A DNA stretch of 64,000 bases, taken from the NCBI RefSeq assembly GCF_009914755.1, contig NC_060934.1; one strand, 5' to 3'. Source of the DNA: the human T2T-CHM13v2.0 reference genome, Homo sapiens. The translations under genes and the position numbers were made by a program. The notes below the pieces were generated by a model, which ran no database searches, was not told the DNA's origin, and saw nothing but the letters and a program-made list of their open reading frames with translations. Positions 51,779 through 64,000 of the stretch are shown piece by piece (within the stretch, counting starts at the first letter, position 1; each line of letters begins with the position of its first letter).

Positions 51779-53313
51779 CACTCTGCCCATGTCTCCCATC
51801 TGTAAGTCTCATGCTTTCTTTGTCTCTTAGCTTCCTATTATTTCTCTTATCTTCAGTTTTAATCTATATAACTCAAATTTCCAGATCTTTCCAGCCTAGT
51901 GTTCATTTTTGTCTGATGCTCAACTGACAGGGGTGAGGTCCTCGCAGTGTAAGTTGTTAGGCCACAGATCTTCCTTCTTTTTCATTATTTGTGGGAGTCT
52001 CAAAGATATGATTTATTGTATTCAAAGAGCAGTCAGCCTATTGTAACCACCATGTGGTGGCCTCCCGCTTTGTCCTCTCCTGTTTCAGCTCTCAGTGGCT
52101 GTACCCAGAAACTCTGGGATACCTCAACAGCCTGTCTGTTACCATGGTCAGTGTTCTTCCTCATGGGATCACAAAACCCTTGTTTCACACAGCTTATCTT
52201 TCGGGGGTATTGAATTCTGCTTGGAACTCCTTATTCTAATTATCTCAGAAGTATTTCAAACATTTTTTGTGAAGGTACAGATCCAAGCTATTAAATTCTA
52301 GTCTCAGCCTCCTTTCCCCTTACCCTTCTTTATTCCACGTAGTCAGATCATTAGAGAAATAAATGCCCTCTTTTTAGCAGAAGGTCAGGACTTCTGTCCT
52401 GCCTGATGAACACCTTTTTATTTTTTTTACACTGCTTGATACATGCCTGAACATTTGACTCAGAAATGTACCAATCAAGAGGTAAGTTCTGAATAGAGGT
52501 AGTCATTTGGTAAATTTAGGGTTGCATAAACAACTCAAGTACTTCCTCAAAATAATCTCAAGAACATCAAACATCTTGAAATCAAATTATGTTGGCAAGT
52601 CAGAGATTGCAGCACCTTTCTGAATTCTTACATATAAAATTTTTTAATAATGTGAATTCCTAGGCTTGTGGATTGCAAAGAAGTTTTCACTAATCATGTT
52701 GTTGACCAATATATTAATATATTAAATGGTGGGTTTGTTTCTGTTGTCTATATTTTATTTTTAGTTTCTTTTTGGACCTAAGATCTTTTGCTCCTCTCTT
52801 GTGTCATGTACTGTAAATGGTGGTTTCCGACATTATCAAAATCAATTCATTTACTCAAATGACTTATCAACTATGAAAATTACATTTTAAAATTTTTCAT
52901 AGTACTTCATAAAGCCAAAAGTCTGAAAAAATAAAAGGACTAGGACATTCCATAAAGCCACTGGATCACCTTGATTTGGAATTAAATCATGTTCACTTTA
53001 TCTTCCCTTCCCTTTTCTCTTTACTTCGTTTTTAATCTTTACATCACTTACTGCTATTACTTCTTTTCTTGAAAGCATTATATATTTAAAATTCCTGTGA
53101 CATATAATATGTCCTTTGGAAAATGCAGGTAACAATGACATCCTCTGTGGCTCTCAAAACCAAAGAAAATGGCTGTCAAGTGAATGAGTAGTTGCAGAGC
53201 TGATGTTACATATTTTTTACTATCAATGTGTCTGTTTTTCTAATCCTTCGTCCAGATTCCAGATGTTCTGTTTATTACTGTTTACTTTTTAAATTGTAGT
53301 TGACCACAAATAA

Positions 53314-53529
<216 letters not shown>

Positions 53530-54691
53530 TAATTTAAATGAATGCCAGAAAATTTTATCCAGTATTTTGAATAAACAGTTACATAATTTTTGTTAAAACA
53601 TAGAACTAGGAAAAATAGAAGATGGAGTCAATCTGGGTGCAGTTTGTGGTCTTCCTTTCTCCAAATGCGTGTGCCAGAGTGTTAATTACATTCAGTTATT
53701 GGTAACGGCTCTACATTAAATATTGTATCACTAAACAGATGCCTTTAAAAGCATATACTTAAGTCTGCTTAAAAAGGTATGTACTTAATGTATTTCTGCC
53801 GCTGAACTGAGATGGGAGCGTCAAAAGTATAATTACATTGTTTATGTAGATAATACATACTTAATGGCTTTAAAAATTGTCACTGTGAGTTAAAAATTCC
53901 TTTTGATGTATTATTGGCTTCATTAATATCACAAACATGTTTTATGAATATGAATATATAATTATCAATTATTTAACCACTGGTGGCTTACATATAGAAT
54001 AGTATTCTGGAATTAAACAAGGTTCTTTTTCATTTTTAATTGGACTCATTCTCTTCTGGCTATTTGTGTACTCCAGAAACTTATTTAATACTGTTCCTAA
54101 TAGTTGTTTTTGTGTGTGAAAAGTACATATCTCTGTCATCTTTTGCCATCCTAAAATTTACAGAAATAACAGTAAATTTATGAGCCTTGACCTATGTTTC
54201 AGGAGATACGGGTTTTAGTGCAATCCTGCTATCAATTCACTGTGTGATCTTGGACAAATCAAATGAGAGAATGTATGTTAAATGATGTGAAAGGAAAAAA
54301 GTGGTCATCATGTGTGAGACATTATTATGTCCAAGGAGCAGTTAACAAAGTGAAACCCGATCGTCTTATTTTTAATGTATGCTTTCATTTAAATACATAA
54401 TGGAATTTTGAAACCTTACATTCTGCTTTGGAAGTGGAATGCAGAATCTTTTAAATTACTTTATGTCATATCATATTTCTGGGCTGTTTTGTGTCAGGCT
54501 CTTATTTTACATAGTTATACATTCAGATATATGTGCAATATGTGTGTAACATGTATGTAATAATATTTTGGTGGAATGAAATGGTGTTTTTATTTATACT
54601 TTGCTTTAAAAATTGGAGCTATATTTGTAAATAATTCAGGACTTAAATAAAAACAAAAAGCCCTACAAAATGTATTCTTTTTAACCTTTAG

Positions 54692-54817
<126 letters not shown>

Positions 54818-54899
54818 TAGAAATTTACCTCGTAGTTACTTAAATGTCACTTAAATTTTGAGGATAAGGTCTTCTCACAGTTTTCTTTTCTATGTATAG

Positions 54900-54983
54900 T
54901 GCATTGTTATTTCTGGAGAAAGTGGTGCTGGAAAGACTGAAAATGCTCATCTTTTAGTTCAGCAGCTGACAGTGCTTGGAAAG
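54900..54983 (+). CDS. MYO3A: Myosin IIIA coding exon (exon 14): motor P-loop
   Basis: ttttctatgtatag| ... |gtataa. 84 nt, CIVISGESGAGKTENAHLLVQQLTVLGK with the GESGAGKT ATP-binding loop. The preceding intron is only 103 nt. Confidence 0.98.
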
Positions 54984-56478
54984 GTATAATTTATTTTTTT
55001 CTCTGTCCCATCAGAAATATTTGTTGAATTTCATAACTTAATATAACTGATTAGATTAATATTCTCTAGTATCTCACATTTAATAATGTACAGAAATTTT
55101 AAAATACAGTTGTTATCCTTTGAGAGTTTAAAATAATGAGCAATATGAAAAGCATGTACTCTGTTTTGAGGATTTTCTAACTTTTATCACACTTATTAGG
55201 CAAGGCTTATAAAGGTGATTTTCATTGTTTTTAGTCCCAGTGCATTTATTGAATGCTTTCTTTACTTTTTCTCCTTTTGTTGCTAGCAGGTTAAAGGAGA
55301 GTCAACATACAAAAATCAATTGTGTTTACATACCATATGTATATACTAGTAATGGTCAATTACAAATTGAATCTTAAAAGTGCCATTAACAATAAAATCA
55401 AAAAAACATGAACTATGTATATCTAAATATTATAATATATGTACAAGATTTGTTTGCTGAAAACTGAAAGAGTTAAAAGAAATAAAAGACCTAAATAAAC
55501 GAAGAGATATATCATGATCATGGATTAAGTGACTCCATATTATTAAGACGTCAGTCTTCTACAAATTGATCTATAGATATAATGCAATTACAATAAAAAT
55601 CCAAACAGGATTTTTTTTTTTGGTGGGAATTGACAAGGTGACTCAAAAATATATATTGAAGGGCAAAGGAACTAGAATAACCAAACAATCTTGAGAAAGA
55701 ACAAAGTTGGAGGATTCATGCAACCTTATTTCCAGACTTGCTGTAAAGCTGCAATAGTCAAGACAGTGTGTCATTAAAGAAAGGACGACATACAGATTGA
55801 CTGAACAAAATAGTGAGGCTACTTATATATGGTTTATTGATTTTTGACAAGGTTGTAAAATTCATTAATTAAGAAAGGTGGTCTTTTCAACAAATAGTGT
55901 TGAAATAATTGGATAGGCCCATACAAAAAAAGAACATTAATCTATACTCACATGTTATACAAATTTTTAACTCAAAATGGATCATAGATCTAAACATAAA
56001 ACCAAAAGCCATAAAATTTCTACAAGAAAACATAGGAAAAGTTCTTTGTGATGTTGAGTTAGGTAAAGAGTTATTAGATTCAACACAAAATGCATAATTT
56101 ATAAATGGAAAAATTTGATTTTGTCAAAATTAAGAATGTCTGTTCTCTGAGGACACTGTTACAAAAATGAAAACACAACCCACAGACTCAGAGAAAATAT
56201 TTGCAAGACACACAACTAGTAAAGGACTTGTATATGAAAAAAACTCATACAAATCAATAAGAAATGAAATGACAATTTAAAAACAAACATAATGTTTGAA
56301 CAGTCACTTCACCAAAGATGATATGTATGGTACGTAAACAAATGAAAAGTTGCTCAACATCAGTATCATTTGGGAATGCAAGTTAAAACCACAAGAAAAC
56401 ACGATTACAAAACTATTAAAATGGCTAAAATGGCTAGTGTTTTTTAATCTAACAATACCAAGTACTGAAAAAGATATG

Positions 56479-56866
56479 TGTATTACTCGATTTTCACACT
56501 GCTATAAAGAACTTTCCGAGACTGGGTAATTTATAAAGGAAAGAGGTTTAATTGACTCACAGTTTTGCATGACTCGGAGGCCTCAGGAAACTTACAATCA
56601 TGGCAGAAGGTGAAGGGCAAGCAAGGACATGGCAGCAGGAGAGAGAAGAGTGAGAGAAGGAGGAACTTGCCCAACACTTATGAAACCATCAGATCTTGTG
56701 AGAATTCACTCACTCTCATGAGAACAGCATGGGGGAAACTGCCCCATGATCCAGTCACCTCCTGTCACCTCCCTTGACATGAGGGGATTACAGGTCCTTC
56801 CCTAGACATGTGGGGATTACAAATCAAGATGAGATTTTGGTGGGGACACAGAGCCAAACCATATCA
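56479..56866. mobile_element. MaLR solo LTR (MSTA/THE1-like)
   Basis: tgtattac...ctgctataaagaac...gagactgggtaatttataaaggaaagagg ... gagccaaaccatatca. 5-bp TSD atatg (56474-56478 / 56867-56871). Confidence 0.9.
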
Positions 56867-56871
56867 ATATG

Positions 56872-57315
56872 TGTTACCGAAACACCAGGGGTTTGGTCTA
56901 GGTCCTGCTACTTGCTGCGCAGAAGGCCAATGACTGAGATGATGAGTATTGCCAAAGAAATAGGCTTTAATCTGGTGCTGCACCCAGGAAATGGAAGCTG
57001 TCTCAAATTTATCTCTTTGACCAATTAAAACTAGGGGTTTACATAACAGGGAAGACATGTAAGAATGTGTAAGAACACAGAAACTAGGGAGAGACAAGGA
57101 AGCAATAATGATGAATGTGGGGTCTGCATCTTATTGTCTGGATGTGGTGATCTAGTGAGTTTCAGTTCTTTGATACTTTTTTTGAGAGGCCTGAAGGTGG
57201 TTCATCAGGAGGGAACTCAGATAAAACAAATTGTAAAGTTCAAGCTCTAAGACCAGAAGGGTCAATTTTCTATGTTTATAAAAAAAAAAAAAATCTGTGG
57301 GACTATTGGGTTTCA
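56872..57315 (-). mobile_element. ERV1 solo LTR (MER4-group, MER66-like)
   Basis: TG...CA ends (tgttaccgaaacaccaggggtt ... ttgggtttca). 4-bp TSD tatg (56868-56871 / 57316-57319). Subfamily uncertain. Confidence 0.75.
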
Positions 57316-57591
57316 TATGGAGCAACTGGAATGCTCAAATATTTCTGGTGAGAATGCAAAGTGGTACAGCCACTTTGGAAAACAGTTTGGATGTTTCTTA
57401 TAAGCTCCACTTACCATACAACCTAGCAGTTTTACTGCTATGTGCTTATTCACACGAAATGAAAACCTATACAGAAACCTATAGACAAAGATTTATAGAG
57501 ACTTTATTTACAAACTCCAGAAAGTGGAATAAACAAACTATAGTACATTCATACAGTGAAATATTACTCAGCAATAAAAAGGAATAAACAT

Positions 57592-57812
57592 TGAGTCCAG
57601 GAGTTCAAGACCAGCCTGGGCAACATAGCAAGACCTCTATGAAAAAATTTAAAAGTTAGCCAGGCATGATGGCACATGCCTATAGTCCCAGCTACTTGGG
57701 AAGCTGAAGTGGAAGGATTGCTTGAGCTAAGGAGGTTGAGGCTGCAGTGAGCTATGATGGCACCACCGCACTCCAGCCTGGGTGACAGAACAAGACCCTG
57801 TCTCAAAAAAGG
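57592..57812 (+). mobile_element. AluJ, 5'-truncated
   Basis: ttgagtccaggagttcaagaccagcctgggcaacatagcaagacc ... ggaggttgaggctgcagtgagctatgat. Confidence 0.88.
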
Positions 57813-57870
57813 AAAAAGAACAAACACTGATACAAGCAATAATGAATTCCATTTAATTATTTTTGGATAA

Positions 57871-58205
<335 letters not shown>

Positions 58206-59179
58206 TTATTTTTGGATGAAGCTCAAATGCATTATGCAAGTCAAAGAAGCCAGAATCAAAACACTGCATACTGTGTGATTCAGTTTACATGCCATTCTTG
58301 CAAATTTAAAACAATACAGACAGAAACAGATCAATGATTATCAGGAAATGGGGGTGGAGAGAGGGGTTCACTGCGAAGAGTCATGAGACAATTTGGGGTG
58401 GTGAAGGAATTATCCTATATGTAGACTGCGATGGGGGTTACATGATGGCACATGTAAAAACTCTCAGAGCTGTACAGTATAAAGGGTGACTCTTACTGTA
58501 TGTAAATTATACCTTAATTGTTTTCAAAAAAGGAAGCTGAGGATACACACTTTGATTTTCCAGGTAAAGATCTTAAAGTAAGATAAAATTGTATTTTAAT
58601 AACATTAATGGCCAAAAAAGAAAAAAAACTGTTTACAATTTATGCCTGTAAAAATTTTTGTTATGATCTATATGGTTATAATTAGTCATGTTAAAATTTT
58701 TGCCAATTCTGTGATTATAGGAATCTTGTGTTGCAAAACACCAATAGGTTCAAGGTTAAACCTAATCTCTCTATAAAAGAGTGAGGCTGCATAGTTCAAA
58801 ACAACTACTTAATTGAATTTAATTCACTTTTTTCCTTATGCATTTGGAATTTATTCTGATTTATACTGCCATGAATGGATCAAATTGTATCTTTTTGTCA
58901 TATAGCTATTCAGTTATCCCAATACCACTTATTAAAAACCCATTCTTTCCATAAATTTGAGATGCCACACTTATACTATACTAAATATCCTCATGCAGTT
59001 TGGTCTACTTCTGATTTTCTGTTCTGCTCCTTTGGCCTTAGTGTCTGTTCATGCACCAGTGTCACACTTTTTATTGCTGAAGTTTTATATACTTCATTTT
59101 TTCTTTTATATATATATAAAATATATAATATATATTATATGTAATTATATATACAATAATGTTATATATAATATAACAT

Positions 59180-59790
59180 GTAATATATCGTTTGCAAATA
59201 CTTTTTCCTAATCCACAGGCTGCCATTTCATTTTGGTGATTGTTTCCTTTGCCATGCAGGAGCTTTTGACTCTGACATAGTCTTATTTTCTTTCTTTGCT
59301 TTTTTTGCATGAGCATTTGATATGATATCCAAAAAATCATTGCCAATGCCAATGTCCAGAAGCTTTTCCTCTATGTTCTCTTCTAGAAATTTTATAGTTT
59401 GTAGTCTGATATTTAGATCTTTTATCCATTTTGAGGTGATTTTTTGTGTATGGTATAAGATAAGGATCAAATTTCATTATTTTGTGTGTGTAAATCCAGT
59501 TTTCCCAGCACCATTTATTGAAAAACTATCCTTTCTTTATGATGTCCTCTTAGTGCCCCTGTCAAAAATCAGTTGACCGTAAATGTTTGGGTTTATTTGA
59601 GGGCTTTCATTTCTATTCCACTAGTTGATGTGTCTGTTTTTATGCCAGTACCATACTGCTTTTATTACTATCAACTTTGTCATGTAGTTTTAAATCAGGA
59701 AGTAATGATGGCTCTAAATTTTTCTTCCTCAGAATTATTTTGGTTAGTTGAGGTTTTTTATTATTTCATACAAATTTTTGGATTTTTTCT
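59180..59790 (-). mobile_element. Older L1 ORF2 fragment
   Basis: ORF 59228..59470 ([34 protein letters not shown]) is L1 ORF2-like. Confidence 0.85.
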
Positions 59791-59796
59791 TTTTTA

Positions 59797-61758
59797 ATTT
59801 TTATTTATTTTTTTTAATTTTTCCATAGTTATCGGGATACAGGTGGTATTTGGTTACATAACTAAGCTCTTTAGTAGTGATTTGTGAGATTTTGGTGCAC
59901 CCATCACCCAAGCAGTATACACTGCACCATATTTGAAGTCTTTTATCCCTTGCCCCGCTCCAGTTCTTCCCCACAAGTACCCAAAGTCCACTGTATCATT
60001 CTTATGCCTTTGCATCCTCATAGCTTAGCTCTCATGTATCAGTGAGAACATACGATGTTTGTTTTTCCACTCCTGAGTTACTTCACTTACAGTAATAGTC
60101 TCTCATATATATATATATGATATATATATGTCTCTCTCATATATATATGATATATATGTCTCTCATATATGATATATATGTCTCTCATATATATATATGA
60201 TATATATATGTCTCTCTCATATATATGATATATATGTCTCTCTCATATATATATGATATATATGTCTCTCATATATATGATATATATATGTCTCTCTCAT
60301 ATATATATGATATATATGTCTCTCTCATATATATGATATATATATGTCTCTCATATATATGATATATATGTGTCTCTCTCATATATATATATATGTATCT
60401 CACAGTTTCTTTATCCACTCATTGATTTATGGGCATTTGGGTTGGTTCCATGATTTTACGATTGTAAATTGTGCTGCTATAAACAGGCGTGTGCAAGTAT
60501 CTTTTATGAATAATGACTTATTTTCTTCTGGGTGGATACCCAGTAGTGGAATTTCTGGATCAAATGGGAGTTCTACTTTCAGTTCTTTAAGAAATCTCCA
60601 TACTGTTTTCCATAGTGGCTGTACTAGTTTACATTCCCACCAGCAGTGTAGAAGTGTTCTCTGTTCACCACATCCACACCAACATCTGCTGTTTTTTGAT
60701 TTTTTGGTTATGGTCATTCTTGCAGGAGTAAGGTGGTATCACATTGTGGTTTTGATTTGCATTTTCCTGATCATTAGTGATGTTGACCATTTTTTCATAT
60801 GTTTGTTGGCCATTTTTACATCTTCTTTAGAGAATTGTCTATTCATGTCCTTAACCCACTTTTTGATGAGATTGTTTGTTTTTTTCTTACTGATTTGTTT
60901 GAGTTCATTGTAGATTTTGGTTATTAGTCCTTTGTCAGATGTATAGATTGTGAAGATTTTTTTTCCCACTCTGTGGGTTTTCTCTTTACTCTGCTGACTT
61001 TTCCTTTTGCCATGCAAAAGCTCTTTGGTTTAATTAGGTCCAAGTTATTTATCTTTGCTTTGGTTGCATTTTCTTTTGGGTTCTTGGTCATGAAATCCTT
61101 GCCTATGCCAATGTCTAAAAGGGTTTTTCCAATGTTACCTTCTAGAATTTTTATAGTTTCAGGTATTAAGTCCTGAATCCATCTTGAGTTGATTTTTGTG
61201 TAAGGTGAGAGATGAGGATCCAGTTTCATTCTCCTACATGTGGCTAGCCAATTATCCCAGCACCATTTGTTGAAAAGGGTGTCTTTTCCAGATTTTATGT
61301 TTTTATTTGCTTTGTTGAAGATCAGTTGGCTGTAAGTATTTGGATTTATTTCCAGGTTCTCTATTTTGTTCCATTGGTCTATGTGTCTATTTTTATACGA
61401 GTACCATGCTGTTTTGGTGACTATGGCCTTATACTGTAGTTTGAAATCAAGTAGTGTGATGCCTCAAGATTCGTTCCTTTTGCTTAGTCTTGCTTTGGCT
61501 ATGTGGGCTCTGTTTTGGTTGCATATGAATTTTAGAATTGTTTTTTCCTAATTCTGTGAAGAATGATGGTGGTATTTTAATGGGGATTTCATTGAAGTTG
61601 TAGATTGCTTTTGGCAGTATTGTCATTTTCACAATACTGATTCTACCCATCCAGGAGCATGGGATGTGTTTCCATTCATGTCATCTATGATTTATTTCAG
61701 CAGTGTTTTGTAGTTTTCCTTGTAGAGGTCTTTTAGCTCCTTGGTTAGGTATATTCCT

Positions 61759-61800
<42 letters not shown>

Positions 61801-64000
61801 AGCTGTTGTAAAAGGGGTTGAGTTTTTTGTTTGATTCTCCACTTGGTTGTTGTTGGTATATAGAAGAATTACTGATTTGTATATATTAATCTCGTATCTG
61901 GAAACTTTGCTGAATTCTTTTATCAGTTCTAGTTTTCTGGAGGAGTCCTTAGGGTTTTCAAGGTAAATTATCATATCATCAGCAAATAGTGACAGTTCGA
62001 CTTCCTCTCTACTGATTTGGATGCCCTATATTTCTTTCTCTTTCTGATTGCTCTGGCTAGGACTTCCAGTGTTATGTTGAAGACGAGTGGTAAGAATGGG
62101 GATCCTTGTCTTGTTCCCATTCTCAGAGGGAATGCTTTCAACTTTTCCTCATTCAGTATTACGTTGGCTGTGGGTTTGTCATAGATGGCTTTTATTACAT
62201 TAAGATATGTCCCTTGTATGCTAATTTTTCTGAGAGTTTTAATCATAAAGTGATGCTGGATCTTGTCAAATGCTTTTCCTGCATCTATTGAGATGATCTT
62301 GTGATTTTTGTTTTTAATTCTGATTATGTGGTGTATCACATTTATTGACTTGTGTATGTGAAACCATCCCTGCATCCCTAGTATGAAACCCATTTGATCA
62401 TGGTGGATTATCTTTTTGATATGTTGTTGGACTCAGTTAGCTAGTATTTTGTTAAGGATTTTAGCATCTTTGTTCCTCAAGGATATAGGTCTGTAGTTTT
62501 CTTTTTTGGTTATATCCTTTCCTGGTTTTGGTATTAGGGTGATGCTGGTTTTATAGAATGAATTAGGGACAGTTCCTTCTTTCTCTATCTTGTGGAATAG
62601 TGTCAAAAAGGTTAGTACCAATTCTTCTTTAATGTCTGGTAGAATTCTGCTGTGAATCCATCTGGTCCTGGACTTTTTTTTTTTTTTGGTAATTTTAAAA
62701 TTACAATTTCAATCTTGCTGCTTGTTATTGGTCTGTTCAGAGTATTTGATTCTTCCTGATTTAAGCTACAAGGGTTGTATTTTTCCAGGAATTTATTCAT
62801 CTCTTCTAGGTTTTCTAGTTTATGTGTGTAAAGGTGTTCATAGTAGCCTTGAGTGATCTTTTGTATTTCAGTGGTGTCAGTTGTAATATCTCCTGTTTCA
62901 TTTCTTAATGAGGTTATTTGAATTTTTTTCTTTTCTTTTCTTGGTTAATCTTGCTAATGGTCTATCAATTTTATTTATCTTTTCAAAGAACCAGCTTTTT
63001 GTTTCATTTATCTTTTGTGGGGTTTTTTGTTTGTTTGTTTCAATTTCATTTAGTTCTGCCCTGATCTTGGTTATTTCCTTTCTTCTCTTTGGTTTGGGTT
63101 TGGTTTGTTCTTGTTTCTCTAGTTCCTTGAGGTGTGACTTTAGAATGTCAGTTTGTGTTCTTTCAGTTTTTTTGATGTAAGCATTTAGGGCTATGAACTT
63201 TCCTTTTAGCACCGCCTTTGCTGTATACTAGAGGTTTTGATAGGTTGTGTCATTGTTGTTCAGTTCGAAGAATTTTTTAATTTCCCTCTTGATTTTGTTT
63301 TTGACTCAATGCTCATTCAGGAGCAGGTTATTTGATTTCCATGTATTTGCATGATTTTGAAGGTTTCTTTTGGAGTTGATTTCCAGTTTTATTCCTTCTG
63401 GTCTGAGAGAGTGCTTGGTATAATATAACTTCAATTTTCTTAAATTTATTGAAGCTCGTTTTATAGCCTATCATATGGTCTATCTTGGAGAAAGTTCCAT
63501 GCACTGTTGAATAGAATGTATATTCTGCGGTTGTTGGATGAAATGTTCTGTATATATCTGTTAAGTCCATTTGTTCCAAGGTATAGTTTAAATCCATTGT
63601 TTCTTTGTTGACTTTCTGCCTTGATGACCTGTCTAGTGCTGTCAGTGGAGTATTGAAGTCTCCCACTATAATTGTGTTGCTGTCTATCTCATTTCTTAGG
63701 TCTATTAGTAATTGCTTTATAAATCTGGGATCTCCAGTGTTAGGTGCACATATGTTTAGGATTGCGATATTTTCCTCTTGGACAAGGCCTTTTACCATTA
63801 TATAATGTCCCTCTTTGTCTCTTTTAAAGTTTGTTTTGTCTGATATAATAATAGCTACCCCTGCTTGCTTTTGGTGTCCATTTGCATGAAATGCCTTTTT
63901 CCACCCCTTTACTTTAAGTTTATGTGAGTCTTTATGTGTTAGATGAGTCCCCTGAATGCAGCAGATAGTTGATTGTTGAGTTCTTATCCATTCTGCAGTT
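59797..64000 (-). mobile_element. L1PB1-like element, 3'UTR through ORF2 endonuclease (continues beyond the window, disrupted)
   Basis: The 3' end tttccatagttatcgggatacaggtggtatttggttaca matches recalled L1PB1. Many frameshifted ORF2 pieces: IVGDFNTPLTALDRS (endonuclease), ENYRPISL (RT), [14 protein letters not shown] (C-domain). Confidence 0.92.
60098..60398. repeat. AT-rich minisatellite, unit ~TCTCTCATATATATGATATATATG, ~11 copies
   Basis: Ten full units and one partial, with variable (TC)n and (TA)n lengths, inside the L1PB 3'UTR. Confidence 0.92.

Noticed and set aside
54871-54880. Cryptic acceptor cttctcacag 19 nt upstream of exon 14
   Set aside because: CTCAC here is a plausible branch point, so the AG would be too close to it. 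The pyrimidine tract lies downstream and serves the true AG at 54898-54899.
60098-60398. CRISPR-like array
   Set aside because: The units are contiguous low-complexity repeats with no unique spacers, there are no cas genes, and the context is a primate intron.
59797-64000. Active L1, or the 189-aa ORF 60344..60913 as a gene
   Set aside because: ORF2 is broken by many frameshifts and stops. The 189-aa ORF is the antisense reading of the L1 3' region and starts in a minisatellite.

Overview
Primate genomic DNA, almost certainly human, from inside MYO3A (class IIIA kinase-myosin, DFNB30) on the + strand. Eight coding exons (exons 7-14 by recalled numbering) splice in frame with canonical GT-AG sites. 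They run from the kinase activation loop ([26 protein letters not shown]) to the motor P-loop (GESGAGKT). A 40,170-nt intron (11385-51554) separates the kinase exons from the motor exons. The rest is intronic and rich in transposable elements: about 20 Alus, several L1s, L2/MIR/L3, MaLR and ERV solo LTRs, a piggyBac MER75, hAT MITEs and STRs. There is no prokaryote-type system, CRISPR array or RNA gene. The most notable unexplained structures are: (1) a 54/56-nt inverted repeat, not recognised as any TE, that brackets exon 11, the frame-switching kinase/motor linker exon; (2) a ~600-bp local duplication inserted into an L1 segment that appears to be missing from the neighbouring L1; (3) several splice or poly(A) features that could give kinase-only or NMD products; (4) a MER75 that keeps an open PGBD4-like N-terminal ORF. 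Repeat subfamily names, exon and c. numbering and reference residues are from memory and need database confirmation.
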